DNA of 64,000 nucleotides from Neocallimastix sp. 'constans' (Eukaryota): NCBI GenBank assembly GCA_050613775.1, contig JBODTK010000108.1, positions 434,001 to 498,000 of the forward strand, read 5' to 3'. Shown piece by piece: positions 14,780 to 26,915 of this stretch (position 1 is its first letter; each line of letters starts with the position of its first letter). The notes under the pieces were generated by a model. It saw only the letters and a program-made list of their open reading frames with translations, ran no database searches and was not told where the DNA came from. The position numbers and the translations under genes were made by a program.

Positions 14780-15233
14780 ATATAGTGCATTTCTCAATCG
14801 TACATTTCGCAATATGGTGTGTTTTCAAATGTAGCTTGATTTAATAATTAAATAAATAATAATTAAATAAATTATAATATTCTTTTTTATATATAATTTA
14901 TTAATATTCAATTGTAAAAATAATTTTTTGAATTTTTTTTAATAGAATATATTATTATTTCTTTTGAAATAGTTATTTAATAACATTTAATTGTAAAGAT
15001 ATATTATTATTTCTTTTGAAATAGTTATTTAATAATATTTAATTGTAAAGTTATATTATTATTTCTTTTGAAATAGTTATTTAATAACATTTAATTGTAA
15101 AGATACATAATTATTTCTTTTGAAATAATTATTTATATATTTATTTATGATTGTATCGAATATCTTAAAAATGTATGGCTTTATTTTAAAAATTTATAGG
15201 CCACATTACGAAATGCACTTTTATAACCTAACC
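14780..15233. mobile_element. Probable degenerate MITE containing ~3.5 copies of a ~52-bp tandem unit (14951-15130)
   Basis: AGTGCATTTC near 14784 and inverted GAAATGCACT near 15210; internal unit ATTATTATTTCTTTTGAAATAGTTATTTAATAACATTTAATTGTAAAG; no TSD seen. Confidence 0.4.
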
Positions 15234-16365
15234 TATGGGAGATATGTACAAGTATACTTGGTAAGTGCATAAACGTTAAGAAAGATTGTATTTTAGTAAG
15301 GGAGAGTTTCATTTCGCTAAGTGGCGTATTGATAAAAATAAATGAATGAATAAATAAATAAAAATTCAAAATAATTTTTTTAAACTTGTTTTTATTATAT
15401 TTAATAATTAATTATAGATATTTTTTATTATTTTGTAAAATAGTAATAAAATAATTATTTATAGTATTTAATTATAAAAAATATATTTAATTATAAAGAT
15501 ATATTTTAATATTTTGTAAAAAATAATATTATAATAACAATATTTTAATTATAAAAATATATTTTTAAAATAATAATATTTTATCATATAAATATATTTT
15601 AAATGAAGATTAATTATCCATATCTTATTAATTCTTTTATATTTTAAATAATTCCTTTTTTTTAGTGTAACTGATAAATTTAAAGTATAAAAATTTTATA
15701 TTAATATTTTATATTTATTTTCATATTTAATAACTATTATTGTTTTCATTGTTATTATAAAACATTATTATTGATGTTTCTGTAATTATTGCTACAGTTT
15801 ATATTATTTATTTATTATTTATTATATAAACCATTGAACCAAAATAAATATTATTAGGATATTCAAATTCTATAAATTTATTATATGGAGGATGAGTATT
15901 ATTATTATTTGTGTTTTAATGAACTTTGAAGGACTAATATATAAAAGTTTACCCTTACCAAATAGGTTTGACATTGATTCCTTCTAGTTGTGATGAGTTT
16001 TTTTTTTTTTTTTTACTATACCATTCAAATAAGTAACTCAAAAGAACTACGAATATTAAGATTTAGTATTAGTTAAGTAATTCATTAAGCTAATTATATA
16101 GGAAATATTAGAATCAAAACTCTTTTAGGAGAAGTTCCTTATTTAAATATCTATGTTTCTATCCCACCCAATATTGAGGTATAATTTGTTTAAAGGAAAA
16201 ATTTCTACCAAGAAGGAACTTTTAAAATATATTCATTCATTTGTCTTTTGCATATTAAAATATATAAATAGAAAAGAAATCAAAATAACCCCCTATTTTT
16301 TTTTCCAAAAAAAAAAATAAAAAATTAAAAGATCATTGATGAAATCTTTAGAAAAATCCAATTCA

Positions 16366-16397
<32 letters not shown>

Positions 16398-16399
16398 TA

Positions 16400-16780
16400 G
16401 GATACTTTACCGTCTTTTCCTATAAATCTTAAAATTTGATTATAACCAAGAGGGAATGAAGATGTTGATAATTTTATTAAAGATGTATATACCATATTAA
16501 ATTTAGACAAAAGTGAATTATTTTATCATACCATGGATTACATGTGATTTTTTTTTTTTTTTTTTTTTTAATTCTACCATTTCAGATAGCAATAACTTCA
16601 TACTAATATCCAACATATTTAAATATAAAATCCAAATTCAATCTTTAATCTGAATTTAATATACTCACAACTTAAGATTGAATAATTTTGTAAAGTTTTT
16701 AATAAATTTTTATTTATCATTGTATCCTTATTTGGTATAATATTTGTTCAGTATAATTCAATAGCATCACAAAACCTTTA

Positions 16781-16818
<38 letters not shown>

Positions 16819-17765
16819 CTTAATTTATATATATATTTAATTTATATATATATAAGATTCTTTTAATCCAAAAATATTTAAAAGAAATATTATTATAATA
16901 AAAATTTTAATTATAAAAGATTTTTATTAATATGTTTTCTTTTTTTTCTTTTCATTTATAATTTTTTTTTTGATATATTGTATAATATTTTATGTAATAA
17001 GTCAATGCACAATGTCATACTAGTATTAATTAATGATTAAAAGTAGAGAAAGCATAATGAAGAACTTTACTAACATAATAAAAAAATCTAAAAATAAAAA
17101 AATAAAAAAAAAAATAAAAAAAGTATTCCTAATAAGCAACTTAAAAATTAAATAAGATGAAAGGTATAGGAACAACTTTGGCAAATTTCACAATAATATG
17201 TATGATGAACTTATTCAATAGGATAAAATACTGTATTATTATATTATATTTTTTTTTTTAGAGTAAAGTTTATCAAATGACAGATTAGAAGTCATCAACA
17301 AAATAAATAAAATGTAGTAAAATGTAGTATTACATGAATTATATTATTATGAAATTAATTAATAATAAAATAAGAGTCATGATTTTAAATGATTCATATT
17401 CATTAGCAATCATAAAAAAAAATATTGTTTAAAAATAAAAAAAAAATAAAATAAAAATAAATAAAATAAAATAAGGTTAAAATGAAATTAATTTTTATAT
17501 AAAATTATATTCTAAGTTTATTATATATATATGTTATATCCTATAATAATATCAGGATTTAATTTTTTCTATTAACTCAAAAAAACCTATTAACATATTT
17601 ATTTCACTATCAAAATATAAAGGTGTATATTCCGTGTTATCTATAATTTTGGATTTACTATTTGAATTATATAAAATAAAATTTTTAGTTTTATCATTAT
17701 AATAGTAAACAACCCTTATCGTAGATATTTTATCTTTAATATTATACATATTAGGAAAACTTACT
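16400..17765 (-). pseudogene. Decayed family-B DNA polymerase (3'-5' exonuclease domain, probable motif A)
   Basis: SFPNMYNIKDKISTIRVV (post-ExoI FP...D.I..I); YFDSEINMLIGFFELIEK, frameshift, NPDIIIGYNIY..LEYNFI (ExoII PDxxxGYNxxxFD); VKFAKVVPIPF at ~17170; KFNMVYTSLI at ~16490 resembling DFNSLYPSII. Many stops and frameshifts. Confidence 0.62.
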
Positions 17766-19760
17766 GTGTCACAAGATAAACATTCAATATCAAAAGAAAA
17801 TATTTTTGGAAAGATTATTTTATCACAATCTATGACTATGGAAGATTATCAAAACAACAAGAAATTCAAAAGAAATATTATTATACATAAAAGAGGTGAT
17901 TTGAATTCTGTGGCTGTGGCTATTGATGGGGTTAGTACTGCTTGCAAATGTTGTTAGTGCCGGTGCTGTTATTTGGAGGGCCTATGAAGCTCATGATGCT
18001 AATAAAATCGCTAGAAAGGCTAATGAATATGCTAAGGATACTAATGATATAGCTAAATATAGTAATGATATTGCTGACCGTGCTAATGTTTATTGTTAAT
18101 AATACTTATTTAGCATCTGTTAAGGCTAATGACACGAAGAAGCTAATACCATTGCTAGAATTGCTAATGATCATGCCGAAAAAGCTAATAAAATAGCTGA
18201 GCGTGGAAATGATATTACTGAAGAGGCTAATGACATCGCTAAATCTGCTAATAGAATTGCTGAACATGGGAATCAAATCGCTCAAGAAGGAAATCAGATA
18301 GCTAGAGAAGGTAATGATATTGCTAGAGATGCCAATGTCATAGCTAGACAATCTAATGCTATTGCTAGCGTTGCTAATGATATTGTTATAAGAGGTATTG
18401 AATCTCAAGAAGAGATTGCTAGAAAAGACAGAGAGTTGCAAATAAAGCTAGTTGCAGAAGATGCTAGATTACAAAAGGAAATATCTCAAACGCAAATAAA
18501 TAACAGAGCTAAATATTGCTTTAGCTGATACTAGATCTACATCTACTAGTAATACTAGTGTCTTTACTAAAGGGGGTTCTGTTAATAATAATTATAATTG
18601 GGCTGATACTTATACTACTTCATCTGGCATTTCTAATTCTTGGACTAATAATGATGGTGTGTCAGATGCTTATTTATCTGGCCATAGCAAAAATATTTCC
18701 TCTGAACATTCTCAAGCCGATACTATATCTAATACTGTAACTAACGCTTATACTTCTGAAAACAGTTGGAGTAAAGAAGAAGGTATCACTAATACTTTTT
18801 CATGTGCTAAAACTCGTAGTAAAACTACTACTAATACTATATAATACTGTAACTAACGCTTATACTTCTGAAAAACGGTTAGAGTAAAGAAGAAGGTATC
18901 ACTAATACTTTTTCTAGTGCTAATACTCATGGTAAAACTACTACTAATACTAAATCTAATACTGTTTCTATTGATGAATCAAGAGTGCGTTCTATTGCTT
19001 ATTCATTTGATAAATCTCGTTCTGAATCTGAAACCTATGAAAAAGCTATTACTTTAGAATTTAAGCCTGAAAATAAGGGTTGCTATAAACCTGCCTGCTT
19101 TAATACCTAAATTAAAACTGAAGTTACAATTTGGGCTTGCGGTAGTAAAGATGAAGATGGCACTGAAACTATTTCTTATCATAAAGCTTATGATGTTATA
19201 GAAGCTTCTAATACTGATAAAATGTCTACTTTAATTGATTGTGACGATGATGAATATTTTAATAAATATCATCCATATAATAATCTGCTTGCTGACGTAG
19301 ATTATTTTGGTTCGCCTACTGAAAGAAATGCTATTATTAGAGGAATGGCTTTAGCTCCTGGTGAATATATTTCGGGTAAATATAAAAAATGGTATTTTGG
19401 TTTACTGGATGATGGCACTTTAGCTTTAACTCAAGGTTCATTTACTAAAAAAAACTATTAGATGACAAACTAGAGTTTCTAATATTAAAAATTATAATCC
19501 TTTATTTGAAATTAATAATAATGGTCATTTTAATTGTTACTGTAGATGCTTTTGGTATATTTAATGATGATGTAACTGATATTACTGAAATTAATGATTA
19601 TATTATGAATAAATATAATAACGATAAATATGATAATGTAATATTAGATAATGATGATTTAAATTTCAGTAATACTAGAGTTATTATACTTTTATTTAAT
19701 ATAAATAAACAAAATCTTCTTTTAATTCTTGGTACAAAATATGAAACATTTATTATATAA
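17766..19760 (+). pseudogene. Frameshifted, probably 5'-truncated gene: KR sites, hydrophobic peptide, Asn/Ile heptad coiled coil, Ser/Thr-rich region, bulb-type-lectin-like domain
   Basis: Joined frames: KKFKRNIIIHKR-GDLNSVAVAIDGVSTA/ANVVSAGAVIW, heptads (ANDIAKS ANRIAEH GNQIAQE GNQIARE GNDIARD ANVIARQ), S/T-rich stretch to ~19050, EVTIWACG, then LAPGEYISGKYKKWYFGLLDDGTLAL. Codon usage is clearly coding. Confidence 0.75.
18730..18952 (+). repeat. Internal ~112-bp tandem duplication in the S/T-rich region
   Basis: TAATACTGTAACTAACGCTTATACTTCTGAAAA...AAAACTACTACTAATACTA starts at 18730 and again at 18842. Confidence 0.9.
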
Positions 19761-20339
19761 ATATTTTTTGATTGTTCAGTTGGTCGGTTGACTAATTGAT
19801 TATTGGTTAACATAATAAATGTCAAAAAAGAAATTTTATAAAATATAATTTATGTAATAGTAATAGGAAAATCTTGAAAAAAAAAAAAAAAAAAAAAAAA
19901 ATTATATGACGTTTTTATTTTAATTTATTCAATACTTTCAATTTTTAATTTTTTTTTAAATTTTTTGAATGGTCAATATTTTGAATAATTTATAATATGG
20001 ATATATATATTTTAATAAATTTTTTTTTTTTTTTTTAAAGTTATATATTGAAAAAAGTCATATATTATATTTTAATTTAATTTTATTATTTTTTTATTAA
20101 TATTTCTTGTTAATAATAATATATATATAAATAAATAAAAAAAAAAAAAAAAGTAAAATAAATATATTTATTTTTTTAAACTTATTTTATCAATTAATAA
20201 AATTTTTTCTTCTTTTAAAAAAAAATATTAATTAGTTTTTAATAGAATTATCTAATATTATTAATTTGTTTCTTCTTCATTTTAAATTTCTGATTTAAAT
20301 CTTTTTTTTATTGTCAATCTTTTAATTTTCTTTTTTATT

Positions 20340-20690
20340 TGATTTTTAAGACTTTCATAATATATTGATAATTTTGATTTCTTTTGAATATCATGATCTT
20401 TAAAGACGAGTTTGAGTACTATCAAAATAATAAAATCTATATCCATCTTCTAATTCAAATACTGTTATACAAGATTTATTAGTTCTCCAAATGCTTTCAT
20501 TTATATTATAAACTTTTTCATTTCCTGCCATAATTCTTGTGAACTATCCTGTAAAATTATCAAAGATACCATCATTTGAATTACCGTTCTACTATACCAT
20601 TCGGTAGAGTTATCAAACTATTCACCGTTAATTTCAACTGCTTCATTAACAACATCCATAATACCAATGGCACCTGGATAATTAAAAAAG
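20340..20690 (-). pseudogene. Decayed coding fragment of unknown family
   Basis: Locally GC-richer; minus strand reads DVVNEAVEINGE*FDNSTEWYS and FTRIMAGNEKVYNINESIWRTNKSCITVFELEDGYRFYYFDSTQ with interruptions. Confidence 0.45.
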
Positions 20691-20879
20691 AACAAATTTG
20701 AGATTTTGACGAATATAAAAAATTTATTTATAGTTTTTAAAAAAAATTGTTAATTTGTATTAAAATATTACAAAATCCACACGTACACACACAAAAAAAA
20801 AATTAAGATATATTAAAAATAATAAATTTAATGTTGTTTAATTTTTTTTTTTTTTTTTTTCTAATGTATTATTAATTCT

Positions 20880-21385
20880 ACTTTTAGCTTCATTTAACAT
20901 TTTGATCAGAGATAAATTACCATTAAGGACTGCATATATTTACGCTGTTCAACCTTCTTTATTTTACAAAATCTATATTCTTAGAAATTACTTTTTAATA
21001 GAAGATTAGCACTATCCATATATAACTATTCATTGCTGCAAAGATTAGTGGAGTATTTATGGTCCAATGGAATTGTCATTTATGTTAGTACTATGATGTA
21101 CTAAATATTTAGTAACATACATCAATAGTGTTATATTTTTAAATTCCACTGGTATTTATTAAATATTTTGATAGTTTTCCATAATATATTCCACTAAATA
21201 TTGACTTTCGAGTGGACAAGCATAGATTAAGATAGAAATTTCCATAAGGACAAAATTTATCAATAACTATATTATTTACATATTTTATTAAAAAAAAATT
21301 AGCAATATCAACATGTTCCATTTTCAAGTACATATATTAATGAAGTTTTACCATTATATCCTTTGGTATTGACATCGTCATATTT
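20880..21385 (-). pseudogene. Ankyrin-repeat pseudogene
   Basis: DVNTKGYNGKTSLIYVLENG/HVDIANFF, NTPLIFAAMNSY, EG*TA*IYAVLNGNLSLIKML: ankyrin consensus with stops and frameshifts. Confidence 0.7.
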
Positions 21386-21656
21386 TATTACAAAAATAAT
21401 TGAAATTTTTTTATTTTTTTTTTTTTATGATTTGGCGAAATATAAACTCCCATTTTTATAGCTATTTATTATTTAAAAAAAAAAAAAAAAAATATTTTGT
21501 ACATTTTAACCATATATAATTTAATATAAATGAAAGATTAGATAAACTAATTCTAAAAATTTAATATATGTAAAAAGAATATAAATAATATTAATATAAA
21601 CTATAAACTATGTTATCGTTAAGTTTAAACTAAATATAATATTATAAATAAATGAA

Positions 21657-21691
<35 letters not shown>

Positions 21692-21728
21692 ATAACTAAA
21701 TAAATAACTAAATAAATAACTAACTAAC

Positions 21729-21839
<111 letters not shown>

Positions 21840-21884
21840 ATGATAGGAAAGCTTAAATCATTTCATAATTGATTTATTTTAAAT

Positions 21885-22174
21885 GGGAGTGGGGTATTTC
21901 GCCAAATTGCATTTCGCCAATTTTTTTGAAAGAATGTGGCGTATTAAAAATAAGTGGTATTTCGACAAGTTGCATTTCGACAAATTGAAAATTATTAAAT
22001 AAATAAATAAATAAATATATATATAAATAAATAAATAAAATTAAATATTATTAATATCGAATAAAAACAATTTTTAAAAAAAATTATTTTGAATTAATAT
22101 TTATTTATTTATTCATTTATTTTTATCAATACTCCTACTTGTCGAAATGCAATCTGGCGAAATGCAACTCTCCA
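21885..22174 (-). mobile_element. Second, inverted copy of the 14266-14644 MITE family
   Basis: Reverse complement aligns along both arms and the AT-rich core of 14266-14644, with fewer 15-bp subterminal units; no TSD. Confidence 0.88.
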
Positions 22175-22855
22175 AGTATAATCAGGTAAAAGTTAATAAC
22201 TTTTTATTTTTTTTTTTTTTTTTTTTTTTTTTTGATTGTTGTATTATATCAAGAAATGTATCATATTTTATTCTATGTTGGATTTTAGTAAATAAAGAAA
22301 TTTATTAACTGATAAATTTCTTATTATTATATATATTTTCCACAAAACCTATAAAAATTCTTTTCCTCATGTTTATTGATGATTATCTTTACTTTTTAAA
22401 TATAATTTATTATTATTATAATTATTATTATTTTGAATAAATATTATATATCTAAAAATTAATTTTGTATTTTCCAAGTTTAGAGATTGTAGTATATATT
22501 TAAAGGAAAATTTTGAAATATTGTAACAGAAGAAGGTTCCATGTAAATCTTTATTAAATTATAGTTAAGTAAATATTAAGAGTATGAATATGATTATGTA
22601 AGAAAATCAAAAGAGCTGATTGAAACTTTAACAGGAACTAATAATAGAAATTTGAATAATTTTTATTTTCCATTTTATCATCTTAATATGGGAATTCTCT
22701 TTTCTAATCAAGGAATTAGGTGTTAGAATTTTTTTTTATAAAAGTTTATTTAAATAAACTATCTAGCTAGGTGATGCCAATAGGAATCTATAGGAAGAAT
22801 TATTTTTTTTTATGGTTATTTTAATAATTTAATCACTCTTAAAAAATTTTCTTAG

Positions 22856-23307
22856 TTAGAAAAAATGCTTATTAAGAATGACAAAATATTCTCCTTATGA
22901 AATGGCTTGTGTATTTTTTTTTTTTTATTTAGAAAAAATGCTTATTAAGAATGACAAAATATTCTCCTTATGAAATGGCTTGTGTATTTTTTTTTTTTTT
23001 TTATTTAGAAAAAATGCTTATTAAGAATGACAAAATATTCTCCTTATGAAATGGCTTGTGTATTTTTTTTTTTTTTTTATTTAGAAAAAATGCTTATTAA
23101 GAATGACAAAATATTCTCCTTATGAAATGGCTTGTGTATTTTTTTTTTTTTTTTATTTAGAAAAAATGCTTATTAAGAATGACAAAATATTCTCCTTATG
23201 AAATGGCTTGTGTATTTTTTTTTTTTTTATTTAGAAAAAATGCTTATTAAGAATGACAAAATATTCTCCTTATGAAATGGCTTGTGTATTTTTTTTTTTT
23301 TTTTATT
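22856..23307. repeat. Six tandem copies of a ~75-bp unit, differing only in poly-T length, inside a probable LINE-like remnant (~22690-23600)
   Basis: TTAGAAAAAATGCTTATTAAGAATGACAAAATATTCTCCTTATGAAATGGCTTGTGTA(T)nAT x6. Confidence 0.92.
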
Positions 23308-25355
23308 TCTTAATGATTCTTTAGGAAATATTAATAATTTTTTTTTCAATACCTAATTGAACTCATAAAGATATATTAAGCCTCTCAAGACTGAGAGAGA
23401 AATTAAAGAGCTTTCGAAATATGAAATATTCTGTGACGATATTGAAAGAATCTTGTTCGTATATTCCAGGTGCTAAGGTATCTTGGATGATCATAATATG
23501 CTATATACTCCGTATTGGGTTTAGCATCATGTCGGCTCCCAAGTTATTATGCATATTTAGTTCGTTAAGAGCTTTTAATAGTCATAAGGATTTTATTATT
23601 AATTAATATAAAAAATAGTAAAATTAATATGTAAATAATTTCTACTAAGTGAAATCAAAATTCTAAAAAGAAATCAATATTTTAGCAAGGATAATAATTG
23701 GAATTATAATTGAATATATCTAGAAAAAAACAAAAGCAAAAAAATAAAAAACAAAAAAAAGAACAATATAATAGAAATTAAAATTTACAAATGAAAAAGT
23801 AAGATTAATAAGATTTTATTATTGCTTTCAAAAAAATCATTAATTTATAAAATAAAAGAGAAAAGCAAGAAAGTATGGTATATCAAAATTCATGGCTTTA
23901 TTAATATATATATCCTAACCTATATTAATGAAAGATTAATGGAAAATATATATGAAGTAAATATATAAATTTTATTATAATTAGACAAAATAAAAAATAT
24001 TTAAATTATCATCGTTCTGAAGTAAAAATTTGACTTAAAAATTATGGAATAGACATATATTTTTATGATTCATGCTTTTTAAAAATATAATGTTTTTCTT
24101 GGTTCAAACTTTCAAGTTTTTATTACTTTCCTTCTTTTAAAAGAAATAATTTATATTTTATATTTAAAATAGATAAATTAAAATATATAAACATTTTATA
24201 TTTTATATTCAAAATAGATAGATTAAAATATATATATAAATATATATATATATTTTTTTTCTTTGAATAATTTCGTTATACAAATATGAAAATAGGAATT
24301 AAAATCAAATTCTAAAAAAAAGGAATTCATTCTAGTTTCTTTAGTAAGTTTTACAGTCGAACATTATGGTTATTTTATTATTTTTTTTTATAAAAAAATA
24401 ACTCATTCTATTTTTATATAGAAAAGTAACATTTTATTGAAATAGAATATCAGATAGCTTTAGCAGTTATATTTTTACTTAAAAAATATCTTTATAAATT
24501 TTCGAAGATACTTTTAAGAAATAAAAAAAAAATTAAATAATAATATATTTTTATATTCTTCTTTTCATTTTAGAATATTATTATTTACTTTGTAATTTAT
24601 TTTTGTTTGAAATAAAAAAGTAATATACATACTTTTGTTTTATTATTATTATTATTCATGCCTGCCTATTTTTATTGTTTGATAAATTTAATAATAATGA
24701 CCTAAAATTTCATAAATTTCATTTCTTCAAATATCAAATTATGATATTTAATTAATAAATAGTAATTAATAACAATAATAATAAAAAATAATTAATAATT
24801 AATATAATTAATTATTAATTATAATAATAATAATAAATAATAAATGATAAATAATAAATAATAAATAATAAATAATAATAATATTAAATAATTAATTAAT
24901 AATTAATAAAATAAGTAGAATTATTAAATAAATTAATTTTTTTAGATTATTATGATTTTTAATTGAATGAAATGATAAACATATGAAAATTCTAAAAATG
25001 TAGTTCGTACTACTCTTACCAGTGTAACTTTTATACATAAAAGTAAAAGTCTTGTATATGGGGAATCTCAAAAAATATAGGACTGATCTATCTATTTATT
25101 AACTCAAAATCTATCCCTTCACTATATATATAATAAATCAATAACACTTTATTAGAGTGTTGTTTTTCTTTCAACATATTAAATATTTGTTATTTATAAA
25201 GTTATATAAATAAAAAATACAGCTTTTTTTTTTTTTTTTTTTTTTTTTTTATTCAATTTGGGTGTATTTATATATAATCATAAATAATGATGATTAATTT
25301 AAAGTTAAATTCAATTTAAGATTTATTTATTTCTAATAAAAGATATTAATTTTTA

Positions 25356-25395
<40 letters not shown>

Positions 25396-25958
25396 TTACA
25401 AAAAAGTTACAAAAAGATTATTATAATTAATATTTAGTTTTTTAAATAGTACATATAAATATCAATTAATTCATTAAAAATAAAAAATATCAAAGACACC
25501 TTCTAATATTAATTTATTTCATTACTTTTTTTTTTTATTTAAAAAAATATTAAATTAATTTTCTTTATTTTTATTCAATTTATTTTACTTCATCGATATT
25601 AGTAATATAAAATAAATTATAATATTAGTAATATAAAATATTTTATAATATTAGTAATATTTAATAATTAATTAATAATAGATTTAAACTAAATTCAATG
25701 GTTATGCTAAATTAATCTTCCTACTTATCATTATTTTTTTTTAATAAAAAAAAAAGAAATAAAATAATAATTGAAAAATAAACTAATATTATTTTAATGA
25801 AGATCATATTAATTTTCATTTTCATTTTTTTTGTTCTTTTGATATATTTTAATAAAATATCCCTTCTCTATTATTAAATATTAAGTATGATATATATAAA
25901 GTAATTAATAATCTTCTTTAATATTAATTAATAAATAATTAAATAATTAAATCATAAA

Positions 25959-26915
25959 TCATAAATCATAGATAATAAATAATAAATAATAAATAATAAA
26001 TAATAAAAATAAATAATAAATAATAAATAATAAATAAATAATAATAAATAATAAATAAATAATAATAAATAATAAATAATAAATAATAAATAATAAATAA
26101 TAAATAATAAATAATAAATAATAAATAATAAATAATAAATAATAAATAATAAATAATAAATAATAAATAATAAATAATAAATAATAAATAATAAATAATA
26201 AATAAATAATAATAAATAATAAATAAATAATAATAAATAATAAATAAATAATAATAAATAATAAATAATAAATAATAAAAATAAATAATAAATAATAAAT
26301 AATAAATAATAAATAATAAAAAGAGTATTTATTAATAAACAATAAATAATAAATAATAAATAATAAATAATAAATAATAAATAATAAATAATAAAAAGAG
26401 TATTTATTAATAAACAATAAATAATAAATAATAAAAAGAGTATTTATTAATAAACAATAAATAATAAATAATAAAAAGAGTATTTATTAATAAACAATAA
26501 ATAATAAATAATAAAAAGAGTATTTATTAATAAACAATAAATAATAAATAATAAATAATTAAATAAATAAATAATAAATAATAAGTAATAAATAATAAAT
26601 AATAAATAATAAATAATAAATAAAAAATAATAAGTAATAAATAATAAATAATAAATAATAAATAATAAATAATAAATAATAAATAATAAATAATAAATAA
26701 TAAATAATAAATAATAAATAATAAATAATAAATAATAAATAATAAAAAGAGTATTTATTAATAAACAATAAATAATAAATAATAAAAAGAGTATTTATTA
26801 ATAAATAATAAATAATAAATAATAAAAAGAGTATTTATTAATAAATAATAAATAATAAATAATAAATAATAAATAATAAATAATTAAATAATAAATAATA
26901 AATAATAAATAATTT
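25959..26915. repeat. Compound (AATAAAT)n satellite with interspersed AAAAGAGTATTTATTAATAAAC units
   Basis: Directly visible; the same compound unit recurs at ~43610-43880. Confidence 0.9.

Larger units (their letters stand above)
15300..21451. mobile_element. Candidate large TIR-bounded element / cargo island (Pack-MULE-like)
   Basis: Left end GGGAGAGTTTCATTTCGCTAA continues for ~100 bp as the MITE left arm; TTGGCGAAATATAAACTCCC at 21432-21451 (rc GGGAGTTTATATTTCGCCAA). No convincing TSD. Confidence 0.4.

Noticed and set aside
15850..16510. MULE transposase remnant (PLGYNQIL, GGYFDF)
   Set aside because: Only vague resemblance, no DDE residues; the region is at least as compatible with continuation of the PolB remnant.
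18106..18441. 111-aa minus-strand ORF
   Set aside because: Antisense of the plus-strand heptad repeat.
22856..23307. CRISPR-like array
   Set aside because: No unique spacers, units are contiguous, no cas genes, eukaryotic context.
25959..26768. F/I/Y/L-rich ORFs (also 3691, 12355, 13263, 43537, 53376, 53453, 56263)
   Set aside because: Translations of microsatellites and homopolymers.
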